From Eubacteriales bacterium (GTDB taxonomy: Bacteria > Bacillota > Clostridia > Oscillospirales > CAG-272): a stretch of 64,000 nucleotides of DNA. The DNA lies in the NCBI GenBank assembly GCA_045541375.1, contig JAZQJB010000087.1, positions 6,327 to 70,326 of the forward strand, given 5' to 3'. Both the position numbers and the translations under genes were made by a program. Shown here in pieces: positions 1-8,595 of this stretch (the stretch's first letter is position 1; each line of letters opens with the position of its first letter). The notes beneath the pieces are model-generated. The model did not search any database. It was given only the letters and a program-made list of their open reading frames with translations, and was not told the origin of the DNA.

Positions 1-402
1 CTCGAATTCATCGAGTACACCGTTTGCCCCACGTCAAACAGAGGTGTTTGTTATCTCCCCGAAACCAATCAGTATCTCTTCGCAACCGGCTATACCTTCC
101 ACTTGACCGATGAAAATTTCAATACCATCAAGAGCACCACGGACGGATATGCAAAGCTTACCACGCAGGGATTCTACTGCGACGGCAAGTACATCTTCGA
201 TCCCCGTTGGCAGTCGGGCGCGAGATTCCAGACTATCACGATCAACACCCTTGACGGTCAGTTCATCGCTGCCGTACCGTTTTATAATGTTGACGGCGAG
301 CCCGAAAACATCTTCCGCGACGGTAACAGCTTTGTAATGGGCTGCAACAATTCGGATTCTGTTTTCCGTTTGATGCTTCTCTATAAGGATTGGTGGCAGT
401 AA
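1..402 (+). CDS. Hypothetical protein, 5'-truncated by the window edge
   Basis: Frame 1 is open from base 1 (LEFIEYTVCPTSNRGV...) through the 103..402 ORF to TAA; the stop overlaps the next ATG (TAATG). Confidence 0.7.
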   Translation, partial: LEFIEYTVCPTSNRGVCYLPETNQYLFATGYTFHLTDENFNTIKSTTDGYAKLTTQGFYCDGKYIFDPRWQSGARFQTITINTLDGQFIAAVPFYNVDGEPENIFRDGNSFVMGCNNSDSVFRLMLLYKDWWQ

Positions 403-932
403 TGGAAGCAAGAATAATTGCAGGGCAGATACTCGGTATCGTTGCCCCGATAATCACATTTGTGTCCTATCAGGTCAATTCAAAGAAAAAGCTGCTGATA
501 TTGCAGACCGCGGCGACTCTTTCGACCTGCATCAGCTACCTTCTGCTCGGCGCTTCCTCGGGATTTGCGCTTAACATCGTCTGCATCATTCGAAACGTTG
601 CATTCTTCTTCCAGGATTCAAAGTCGAAGATGAATATGATCTCGGCGTGCATTCTCGCCGCAGTAATGGGCGGACTCGGATTCCTCTCCTGGGAAGGCCC
701 GATCTCGCTGCTTGTTATAATCGCACTCGCGGCAAACACTATCTTTATGTCCTTCGGCGACGCCCAGCTTCTCCGCAAGAGCGTCATCTGCACCTCGTCG
801 ATGATATTGATCTACAACATCTTTATCGAAAATCCCACTATCGGCGGGATCATAAACGAAAGCGTTGCGATTGTTGCCTCGATAATCGGTATTATTACAT
901 TTATTAAGATGAAAAAGGAGATAACAAAATGA
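402..932 (+). CDS. YgjV-like inner membrane protein
   Basis: About 177 aa, hydrophobic throughout; 'AGQILGIVA..SYQ..KKKLLILQ..YLLLGA.SG' pattern; ATG coupled to the upstream stop. Confidence 0.7.
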   Translation: MEARIIAGQILGIVAPIITFVSYQVNSKKKLLILQTAATLSTCISYLLLGASSGFALNIVCIIRNVAFFFQDSKSKMNMISACILAAVMGGLGFLSWEGPISLLVIIALAANTIFMSFGDAQLLRKSVICTSSMILIYNIFIENPTIGGIINESVAIVASIIGIITFIKMKKEITK

Positions 933-1681
933 TGACTAAACGCGAATTACCGCCCAAGAGTGAACGTATCATCGAACCGTTCAGAATGTTTGGAAACGTA
1001 TATTTTGTAGGAACCTATGCCGAATCCTCGCACGTTATCGACACCGGTGAGGGACTCATTATGATCGACACCGGCTCGCCGTCAAATCTTGAAGTCATCC
1101 TTGCGGGACTTGAAAAGCTCGGATTTGCCCCCACCGACGTAAAATACATAATCAACTCGCATTGGCATTGGGATCATACCGAAGCCACGCGCGCAATGGT
1201 CGAGCTTTCGGGCGCAAAAACGCTGATCGGGCGCGAGGATTACGAAAAGGCAAAGAGATATTTTGATGCCGACATCCTCATCTCCGAGGGCGACACGCTT
1301 ACTCTCGGTAACACGACGATAAGCTTCATCGAAACACCCGGTCATACCAAGGGCACTATCTCATTCTTCTTCAACGTTGAAGAAAACGGCAGAGTCGTCC
1401 GCGCGGGAATGTTCGGCGGTGCGGGTGTAAATACACTCCATCAAGGCAAGTTCGATTACGAAGGCTGCCGCGAGGACTACCGCAATTCCGTAAACCGCCT
1501 TCTCGGCGAAAAGGTAGAACTCTTCCTCGGTAACCACAGCTGGAATAACCATACTTATGAAAAGTGGCTCGACCTCTGCGAATTTGGCGAAAACCACTTC
1601 GTCAGCGAAAGGGCGTGGACGAGATTCCTCGAATCCTGCCTGCGCAAGCTTGACGAGACTATAGCTAAAGATGTATTATAA
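929..1681 (+). CDS. Metallo-beta-lactamase fold hydrolase, subclass B3-like
   Basis: EPFRMFGNVYFVGT, HWHWDH, TPGHT and GNH zinc-ligand motifs; no signal peptide. Confidence 0.8.
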   Translation: MMTKRELPPKSERIIEPFRMFGNVYFVGTYAESSHVIDTGEGLIMIDTGSPSNLEVILAGLEKLGFAPTDVKYIINSHWHWDHTEATRAMVELSGAKTLIGREDYEKAKRYFDADILISEGDTLTLGNTTISFIETPGHTKGTISFFFNVEENGRVVRAGMFGGAGVNTLHQGKFDYEGCREDYRNSVNRLLGEKVELFLGNHSWNNHTYEKWLDLCEFGENHFVSERAWTRFLESCLRKLDETIAKDVL

Positions 1682-2162
1682 AAAAGAGGCTGGCTCATTT
1701 AACATAGATATTATTTGAGCTAACCGATAGTTTTGCGGGCTCCTTTCACCGCTTCCGCGGTCCCAAGCTGCGGGACGCAGGTAGTTCCTCACCGGAGGAA
1801 GGCTGATTGGTCAGCGCAAACTCCTTCGGATATTCAGCGAATATCGTTTTAGCTTAACCCATAAACAGTAAAAAGGAATATTTTATTGAAAAAAGTTTGC
1901 AATAACTCTATTACGAGTGCAAATTGATTCAAATAAAATATTCCTTTTTGGTATGCAAAATTATAAGTTTGAGCAAAATTCGCTGCACAAACAATGAAGG
2001 TTGCACGTACCATTTAGCCTTCCTCCGGGAGGAAGGGGGACCGCGGAAGCGGTGAAAGGAGAGCGCGCAACTTCATTTAATTGCAAATTACATTAAGGGA
2101 TAATTAATGATATTGTTAATATTACTTTATGCAAAATATATCATAATGAGTCAGACCCTTTT
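1681..2162. repeat. Nested long imperfect palindrome (REP doublet / REPIN-like element)
   Basis: Perfect 25-bp IR 1740-1764/2037-2061; IR 1785-1804/2016-2034; perfect 18-bp IR 1870-1887/1932-1949; outer imperfect IR ~1682-1699/2145-2162. Confidence 0.85.
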
Positions 2163-3229
2163 CAATACTTTTCAATACTGCAGATCCCACTTTTCATAAT
2201 CATCTTACGAAGCAGAGGAGAGCAGAGTATCTTCATTTTCGGGATCTTAAACAGTAGTTTAAGGCGCAGTTTGGCGGTTTTTCTCTTGTAGTATTTAAGT
2301 ACTTTATCGGGATCGCTTTCAGAAGCAAAGGCATCTGAAAGGTATTTTCCGCTCAGAAACGCGCTGCTGATTCCCTCGAAAGAGCTTGCGCTGATAAGAC
2401 CCGCGGCTTCTCCGATAAGAAAAACGTGTCCCTTTCCCGAAATAAAGTCGCGCGTCTTTCGCGGGCTTGTAAGCAGGCAGGCTTCGATCTTTACAGCCTC
2501 GCCAAAGGAGTGACCGAGGAATTCTTCAACTCTTGCTTTCTGCTTGAAATACGCCTCGCGACCGCTCTTTATATCAAATGCACCGCCGAAAATGAAGTAT
2601 CCGTCCTTGCGGATAGTCCATGAGCAGCTATCCGAGGTTTCGGGGTCATAGATGCAGGAGTAACTCGGCATATCTCCGCCGTCATCCTTGAAATGCTCCT
2701 GAATGGATATGTAAAGCTTGCTGGGAGAATCAAAATACGTGCGTCTGACTATCGAGGAGCCTCCGTCCGCACCGACGATAATATCTGTATAGAACTCGGC
2801 TTTTTCGCCATTCTCGTCAACCTCAACGCGCACCTTCCCGGTGGCTTGATCGGTCAGCGAATGGCATCTGCCTCTTATCACGTCCACATTTTCGGGAATG
2901 AGCGAGAGCAGCCACTCGTCGAATGCCGCGCGGTCCATATTCAGATAATGCCGCTGATAATTCCGCGTGATGCCCGTAGCAAGATCGATCGTTTTGACGT
3001 CAAATATCTGCGGGTCGGCAAGAATGCTTTTCGGAAGATCAAGATCGAACTGAGCGAGCACCTTCTGTGCATCGGGCGCAAGAAGTCCGCCGCAAACCTT
3101 CGATCCCGTCCTCGGCTTTTCATCAATGAGAACTATTCTTTTTTCGGGGCAGGATCTTGCGATTTCACGCGCAAAAGTCGCTCCCGCAGGTCCGCCTCCG
3201 ATGACGGCAATGTCGTAGTGGGTGTTCAT
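2162..3229 (-). CDS. FAD-dependent oxidoreductase, CbrA/geranylgeranyl-reductase family
   Basis: GGGPAG dinucleotide motif, KVCGGLL, GADGGSS, IGEAAG..SFEGIS; start set at MNTHY after an AAGGGAG RBS. Confidence 0.8.
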   Translation of the reverse strand: MNTHYDIAVIGGGPAGATFAREIARSCPEKRIVLIDEKPRTGSKVCGGLLAPDAQKVLAQFDLDLPKSILADPQIFDVKTIDLATGITRNYQRHYLNMDRAAFDEWLLSLIPENVDVIRGRCHSLTDQATGKVRVEVDENGEKAEFYTDIIVGADGGSSIVRRTYFDSPSKLYISIQEHFKDDGGDMPSYSCIYDPETSDSCSWTIRKDGYFIFGGAFDIKSGREAYFKQKARVEEFLGHSFGEAVKIEACLLTSPRKTRDFISGKGHVFLIGEAAGLISASSFEGISSAFLSGKYLSDAFASESDPDKVLKYYKRKTAKLRLKLLFKIPKMKILCSPLLRKMIMKSGICSIEKY

Positions 3230-3399
3230 AGAAATTTCTCCCTTGTGTGTTGAGTCTATTATACAATATAATCGTAGGAATGTCAACATAAATTTTAGAC
3301 TACTGTTTTGGAAAAAATTCTCTTGAATTATCGCATAACTATTGATTTTTTTGCAATTTTGTTGTATCATAATATCAATTAAAAATACGGAGGCACAAA

Positions 3400-4824
3400 A
3401 TGAGCAAGAACGTAAAAGATATTATTCGAATGATCGAAGAAAACGGTATCAAGATGATCGACTTCAAAATGGTCGATATCAACGGTCAGTACCGTCACGT
3501 ATCCATTCCCGCCGCAAACTTCTCCGAGGACACGATGAAGAGCGGAATCGGATTTGATGCATCCAACTATGGATATGCCGTGGTAGTGAAGAGCGACATG
3601 GTCTTCATCCCCGATCCCGACACCGCAGTCATCGACCCCTTCTGTTCCATCCCCACCCTTTCGATGACGGGTAACGCAATGATCATCGACACACCCGAAA
3701 ACCGTCCGCTTCCTCAGTACCCCAGAAACATCATCAAGGCGGCTGTTGCCGAGATGAAGAAGAGCGGCATCGCGGACGAGATGTTCATCCTTCCCGAATT
3801 CGAATTCTACCTCTTTGATAAAGCGGGCTGGCAGGTCAGCGGAAGCGAGATCAGTGCCTCCATCGATGCAAAGCAATCCTATTGGAACAGCGCCACCGAG
3901 GGTCTCGGAGTTGTTGTTCCCAAGCAGAAAAATTATCACATCGCAAAGCCCTTCGATATTTCATATGAAGCGCGCAGTGAGATGTGCCTTCTTATGAAGG
4001 AAATGGGCATCGAGATCAATTATCACCACCCCGAGGTCGCCGCATCCGGTCAGTTCGAGATCGAACCCCAGCTCGGCGAGGTCGTTCATATGGCGGATGC
4101 TACTATGATGATCAAGTACATCATCCACAACACCGCACTCAAGTATGGCAAGACCGCAACCTTTATGCCCAAGCCCATCTACGGCGAGGCGGGAAGCGGA
4201 ATGCACGTTCATATGCTCCTGATGAAGGACGGCAAGCCCGTGTTCTCGGATGACAACGGCTACGCGCATCTTTCCGAGACCGCGCATTACTTCATGGGCG
4301 GACTTCTCAAGCACATCGCATCCCTCTGCGCACTCACCAACCCCAGCACCAACTCCTTCAAGCGACTCGTTCCCGGCTTCGAGGCACCCGTTACGATCGG
4401 CTACGCGACCTCGAACAGAAGTGCGGTCATCCGTATCCCCGCATACGCAAAGTCGCCCGAGAAGCGCCGCTTCGAGCTCCGTAACCCCGATGCGACCTGC
4501 AATCCCTATTTCTGCTATGCCGCTATCCTTATGGCGGGACTTGACGGCGTCAAGAACAAGATAGATCCCCATGCAAACGGCTGGGGACCCTATGACTTCA
4601 ACCTCTTCCACCTTCCCGAGGAGGAAAAAGCAAAGCTCAAGGGACTTCCCACCTCGCTCGAGCAGGCTCTCACAGCGCTCGAGGAAGACCACGACTACCT
4701 CACCGCAGGCGGCGTATTCCCCAAGGAGCTTATCACTAACTTCATCAAGACCAAGCGCGCCGAGTGCAGCGAGATGTCCAAGATCCCGCACCCCGCTGAG
4801 TTTGATAAGTACTTCAATCTTTGA
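3400..4824 (+). CDS. glnA: Glutamine synthetase type I
   Basis: GFDAS, PEFEFY, HHPEVA..GQFEI, TFMPKP..GSGMHVH, NRSA.IRIP, RFELRNPD; GGAGG RBS. Confidence 0.95.
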   Translation: MSKNVKDIIRMIEENGIKMIDFKMVDINGQYRHVSIPAANFSEDTMKSGIGFDASNYGYAVVVKSDMVFIPDPDTAVIDPFCSIPTLSMTGNAMIIDTPENRPLPQYPRNIIKAAVAEMKKSGIADEMFILPEFEFYLFDKAGWQVSGSEISASIDAKQSYWNSATEGLGVVVPKQKNYHIAKPFDISYEARSEMCLLMKEMGIEINYHHPEVAASGQFEIEPQLGEVVHMADATMMIKYIIHNTALKYGKTATFMPKPIYGEAGSGMHVHMLLMKDGKPVFSDDNGYAHLSETAHYFMGGLLKHIASLCALTNPSTNSFKRLVPGFEAPVTIGYATSNRSAVIRIPAYAKSPEKRRFELRNPDATCNPYFCYAAILMAGLDGVKNKIDPHANGWGPYDFNLFHLPEEEKAKLKGLPTSLEQALTALEEDHDYLTAGGVFPKELITNFIKTKRAECSEMSKIPHPAEFDKYFNL

Positions 4825-4832
4825 TCGTGATT

Positions 4833-5120
4833 ATGGACAATATGAAATGTCTACGCTGCGGAGAGGATATGCAGTATCTGTCGCGTGAGAAGCTTCAGCT
4901 CGGCAAGACAGGATGGGTCCTCGGCGACCTCCCGAATCTATTGTCGGGCGCACTTGAAGTGCAGATATTGGTTTGCCCAAAGTGCCGAAAGCTTGAGTTC
5001 TTCCTCGCGGAAAACGAAACGCTCGACGATGATACCCCGAAAAAGACCTGTCCCAAGTGCGGCACTGTCCACGATTTCGATTATCCGAAATGCCCGAAGT
5101 GTAAGCACGAATATTTCTGA
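4833..5120 (+). CDS. Small double zinc-ribbon protein
   Basis: Four CxxC pairs (CLRC, CPKC x3) in ~95 aa, directly after glnA; exact start uncertain (4821/4833/4842). Confidence 0.7.
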   Translation: MDNMKCLRCGEDMQYLSREKLQLGKTGWVLGDLPNLLSGALEVQILVCPKCRKLEFFLAENETLDDDTPKKTCPKCGTVHDFDYPKCPKCKHEYF

Positions 5121-5126
5121 AATGAA

Positions 5127-5160
5127 ACAGAGCACCGCCCGCGCGGTGCTCTGTGATTTT
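5127..5160. terminator. Intrinsic terminator between convergent genes
   Basis: ACAGAGCACCGC-cc-GCG(C)GGTGCTCTGT hairpin followed by T-rich tail. Confidence 0.65.
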
Positions 5161-6481
5161 ATATTCTCTTTGATTTTTTGCCGTATGCTTTAATGAAATA
5201 AACGGTAGCACACGTGACAAGATCAATGCAAGCAAGCAGAATCAGCCAAGTAAGAATAGTTTCGCCAAGATACTGAGCATCCCAATAAGCATTATTCGTG
5301 ATTACTGTGACCGGCGTTCTGGTTCCTTTGCCCGAGAATTTGATGCTCTTATACAGTGTAGTATTGTAATCATACTCAAAAATGACATTATCGCGAGGGT
5401 CTGTTACAGTATTATGTTCAAGCATAAAATCATCTTCCATATCGGAATGCAAATATACCTTGTTTCCATCCTTGTCGTAATAATAAGTGTTGCGATGCCA
5501 TTCGACGTATTCTGCCTGATCCTCTTTCATAGCTTCGCCGAAGTCTTCAAGCGTATTGTAGACTTCTTTCTTAACAAATCCGTCAACACCGATCAAACCG
5601 ATAACGATTCCCGCGACGAGCAGAACAGAGAGTATAGATCCACCGATGGCTGTAATCTTAACAAGGATTCTTCTGCGGAATGTGATCTTGCGACATTTTT
5701 CTGTGGTAACAAAGATAAGTCCGCGCTTGATGAGTATCGGCTTGACAAACAATAAATGAATAAAACCGAATACGGCAAAGGTTGCCGGAATAAATAATAA
5801 ACTCAACAGCATCCATTCGTTAGGCTGAAGACATAAAACATCAATATTGAATCCGTTTGTTAAGTATAAAACATCAACATCCGAAAATGCAATAAGCAGA
5901 CAGAAAATGAATGTCGCTGTCATACCGTAAAAGAACGCGATTGCAACTCTGGTTATTTTGGAATTTGCCTGTATGATCTTTTCTGCATAAGTTTCGTCAT
6001 ACTCGTCCGAATGTATGATTGAATTTGAAGTTAAGCTGACCTGGCATATCGTGCCTGCCACAACAAAAAGCAGCGATACCCAAAATCCGAGCTTTGTTTT
6101 ATAAAACACAATGCCGCAAACTACTGCTGCTATCAGTCCTGCAAGCAACAAGCCCACAGAGATTAGCGAAAGATTCTTGTATTTTCTTACTCTCGCGCGA
6201 AGCATCGTTTTGAATTGTTTATCGCTTTTTGTACTTGGCTTGGGTTCTTCCGCAATCGCAGCTTCGAGGCTGTTGCGTTCCCCTCGCAAAAGCTCATCCG
6301 TCGTGATCCCGAATATCTCCGCTATCGCGGGTATCAGCGAAAGCTCGGGGTCGCATTCGTCGCGCTCCCAACGGCTGACGGTCTTATCCGAAACGAAAAG
6401 TCTGTCTCCGAGATCCTTTTGCGTCATGCCGTTCGCCTTGCGCAGAACGGCTATAAATTTGCCTATTGTTTTCTTTTCCAT
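5159..6481 (-). CDS. XRE-family HTH regulator with membrane-spanning C-terminus
   Basis: N-terminal IGKFIAVLRK..MTQKDLG...VSDKTVSRWE; about six hydrophobic segments; GGAGG RBS. Confidence 0.85.
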   Translation of the reverse strand: MEKKTIGKFIAVLRKANGMTQKDLGDRLFVSDKTVSRWERDECDPELSLIPAIAEIFGITTDELLRGERNSLEAAIAEEPKPSTKSDKQFKTMLRARVRKYKNLSLISVGLLLAGLIAAVVCGIVFYKTKLGFWVSLLFVVAGTICQVSLTSNSIIHSDEYDETYAEKIIQANSKITRVAIAFFYGMTATFIFCLLIAFSDVDVLYLTNGFNIDVLCLQPNEWMLLSLLFIPATFAVFGFIHLLFVKPILIKRGLIFVTTEKCRKITFRRRILVKITAIGGSILSVLLVAGIVIGLIGVDGFVKKEVYNTLEDFGEAMKEDQAEYVEWHRNTYYYDKDGNKVYLHSDMEDDFMLEHNTVTDPRDNVIFEYDYNTTLYKSIKFSGKGTRTPVTVITNNAYWDAQYLGETILTWLILLACIDLVTCATVYFIKAYGKKSKRI

Positions 6482-6724
6482 AACGTACCTCCATAAGGTC
6501 TGAATCAGCCGTGCCGGCTTGGCTGTGGCTACATTCTACCATAACGTCGGAGAAATTACCACCCCCGCGAGCGAGAATCACTCTCGGAAAGTGAGAATTT
6601 GGGGTTTACGACACTATTATAGCATATTTTGACCGCCTTTTCAATCGGAAATCGAAATTGCTATTGTAAAAAAGAGGAAAATATGCTATAATTAATTGAT
6701 TAAGTAAAAAATGGAGAAATATCC

Positions 6725-8185
6725 ATGGATAATAACTCTAAAGAAAAGAATAAAAGCCTGCGCCGCGCTATGACGGCGGAAAAGCTGACCGAAATGCTAC
6801 GCGAGATCGATATTTCCGCGGCTGTCGAAAGCGAGGGCACTTATACTGCCATGGCGCGCCTGACCGCGCTTTTCGACCACGGCACTTTCTCGCGCATCGG
6901 TGCATATATGAACCGCTCGTCCGATCCCGATGAGCCCGCGGGCGTCATCTGCGGCTACGGCTCTGTCGGAGGACGCCTTGTTTATGCCTTCGCGCAGGAT
7001 CGCGCCCGTATGAACGGCGCTTTCGATTCGACCTCGGGAAAGCTTATCTGCGATCTTTACGCTATGGCTCTGCGGGGCGGCGCGCCGATCGTCGGTATCT
7101 TCGACAGCGACGGCGCCTATATCTACGAGGGCGCAAAAATGCTTGCCGCACTTGGCAAAACCATAGCTGCGAACAGCTCTGCCGTCGGAATCGTCCCGCG
7201 AATCGCGCTCGTTCCCGGCGTTTGCGGAGGAACCCACGCAGTTCTCGCATCCTCTTTTGATTTCCTTATTTCTGTCAAGGAATCGACCGAGGTTTATGCC
7301 GTTTCTCCCTTTGTAAGCGGCGCAAGATCTGCACCCGCACCCGATGGAATTTCAGCTTATGAGGCGGAGGACGAAGGCGAGCTTTACCGCTTCGCGCGCA
7401 GCCTCATTGCTTTTCTTCCTTCTAATAATACCGAGGGAACCGCCATCGACCCCGATGTTCCCGAATTCGAGCTTCAGCGCGCCCCCGATCTTCGCTCTCT
7501 TTGCGGTGAGGCTCTGATCGCGGAGATCGCGGATAAGAAGAACTATGTCCGCCTTTTCGCCGAGTATGCTCCCGAAGTCGCGGTCGGATTTGCTTCTGTC
7601 GGCGGAGTCGGATGCGCTTTCATTTCATCCGAAAGATCGCAGAAAGACGGCGCACTCACCCCAGCCGCCTGCCGCGTTATTACAAAGATACAAAAATTCG
7701 CCGACGCATTCGGCTTGCCGATGCTCACCTTTGTCGATTGCCCCGGATTTGATAATTCCGTCACCGATAATGCCTTTTATCTCGAAAGTGCGTCGGCGAT
7801 GAGCGATGCCTTTGCGTTCTCGTCAAATCCGAAGATCACCACCGTTATCGGCAGAGCCTACGGTCCCGGATTCGTCTATATGGCTTCAAAGTCGATAGGC
7901 GCGGATGTCTGCTTTGCTCTTACCGATTCGATCATAAGCGCACTCTCACCCGAGGCTTCGGTCGCGTTCCTCTGGAACGATAAGATCAAGGAAGGTGATC
8001 TCACGTCAAGCCGCGAAATGCTTGAGCTCGATTGGCGCGAAAAGTATGCTTCGCCGAACGATGCCGCACTTTGCGGAGAGGTGGATGACATTCTGACGCC
8101 CTCAGAACTTCGCCCGAGGATCGTTTCCGCACTTTATATGCTTCTCGGCAAGCTGCGCGCGCAGCCTGTGCGCCGCAAGAGGTGA
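6725..8185 (+). CDS. Acyl-CoA carboxyltransferase (MmdA/PccB-like), divergent
   Basis: GVICGYGSVGGRLVYAFAQD, GIFDSDGA, FVDCPGF, GRAYG, GEVDDI; canonical GG oxyanion-hole motifs altered. Confidence 0.8.
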   Translation: MDNNSKEKNKSLRRAMTAEKLTEMLREIDISAAVESEGTYTAMARLTALFDHGTFSRIGAYMNRSSDPDEPAGVICGYGSVGGRLVYAFAQDRARMNGAFDSTSGKLICDLYAMALRGGAPIVGIFDSDGAYIYEGAKMLAALGKTIAANSSAVGIVPRIALVPGVCGGTHAVLASSFDFLISVKESTEVYAVSPFVSGARSAPAPDGISAYEAEDEGELYRFARSLIAFLPSNNTEGTAIDPDVPEFELQRAPDLRSLCGEALIAEIADKKNYVRLFAEYAPEVAVGFASVGGVGCAFISSERSQKDGALTPAACRVITKIQKFADAFGLPMLTFVDCPGFDNSVTDNAFYLESASAMSDAFAFSSNPKITTVIGRAYGPGFVYMASKSIGADVCFALTDSIISALSPEASVAFLWNDKIKEGDLTSSREMLELDWREKYASPNDAALCGEVDDILTPSELRPRIVSALYMLLGKLRAQPVRRKR

Positions 8186-8189
8186 CGAT

Positions 8190-8471
8190 ATGTTTATGCT
8201 TGAAAATACCGCAACTCTGCCACGCGAGGGCATCTTCGTCCTCATAGGTGTCGCGGTTCTGGTGGTTTTATATATCCTTTTGCGATTACTTAAAAGCAAA
8301 AGAAAAGAAGAAGTCATAGTACCGGAAGAAAATATTGATGAAGAAATTGCCGCAATCACGGCGGCAGTCGCAATGATACTCGAAGAGGAAGCCGAAAGGG
8401 AAGAGCGCAAACCCACACCCTTCCGTGTCGTATCCTTTAAAAGAACGAATAAACGCCGCATAGGAGAATAA
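8190..8471 (+). CDS. OadG/MmdD-like membrane anchor subunit
   Basis: One TM helix, EEIAAITAAVA, C-terminal FRVVSFKR, typical of decarboxylase gamma/delta subunits. Confidence 0.8.
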   Translation: MFMLENTATLPREGIFVLIGVAVLVVLYILLRLLKSKRKEEVIVPEENIDEEIAAITAAVAMILEEEAEREERKPTPFRVVSFKRTNKRRIGE

Positions 8472-8472
8472 A

Positions 8473-8595
8473 ATGAGAAAATTCAAGGTTAAAGTCAACG
8501 GCAAGGAATACGAAGTCGAGATCGAGGAGATCAAGGCTGAGGAAACCGAAAAGCCCGAAGAGAAAAAAGAAGAAACCGAAGAAGAAGATAAATAA
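8473..8595 (+). CDS. 40-aa truncated biotin-carrier-like peptide (N-terminal docking hairpin only)
   Basis: Translated by hand: MRKFKVKVNGKEYEVEIEEIKAEETEKPEEKKEETEEEDK*. AGGAG RBS; the stop overlaps the next ATG. Not in the ORF track. Confidence 0.8.
   Translation: MRKFKVKVNGKEYEVEIEEIKAEETEKPEEKKEETEEEDK

Noticed and set aside
3230-3399. GlnR/TnrA box upstream of glnA
   Set aside because: A TGTCA half-site is present but no TNACA partner at the 7-bp spacing.
6500-6535. tRNA-like or riboswitch structure in the XRE leader
   Set aside because: Only a short imperfect hairpin; no cloverleaf or known aptamer motifs.
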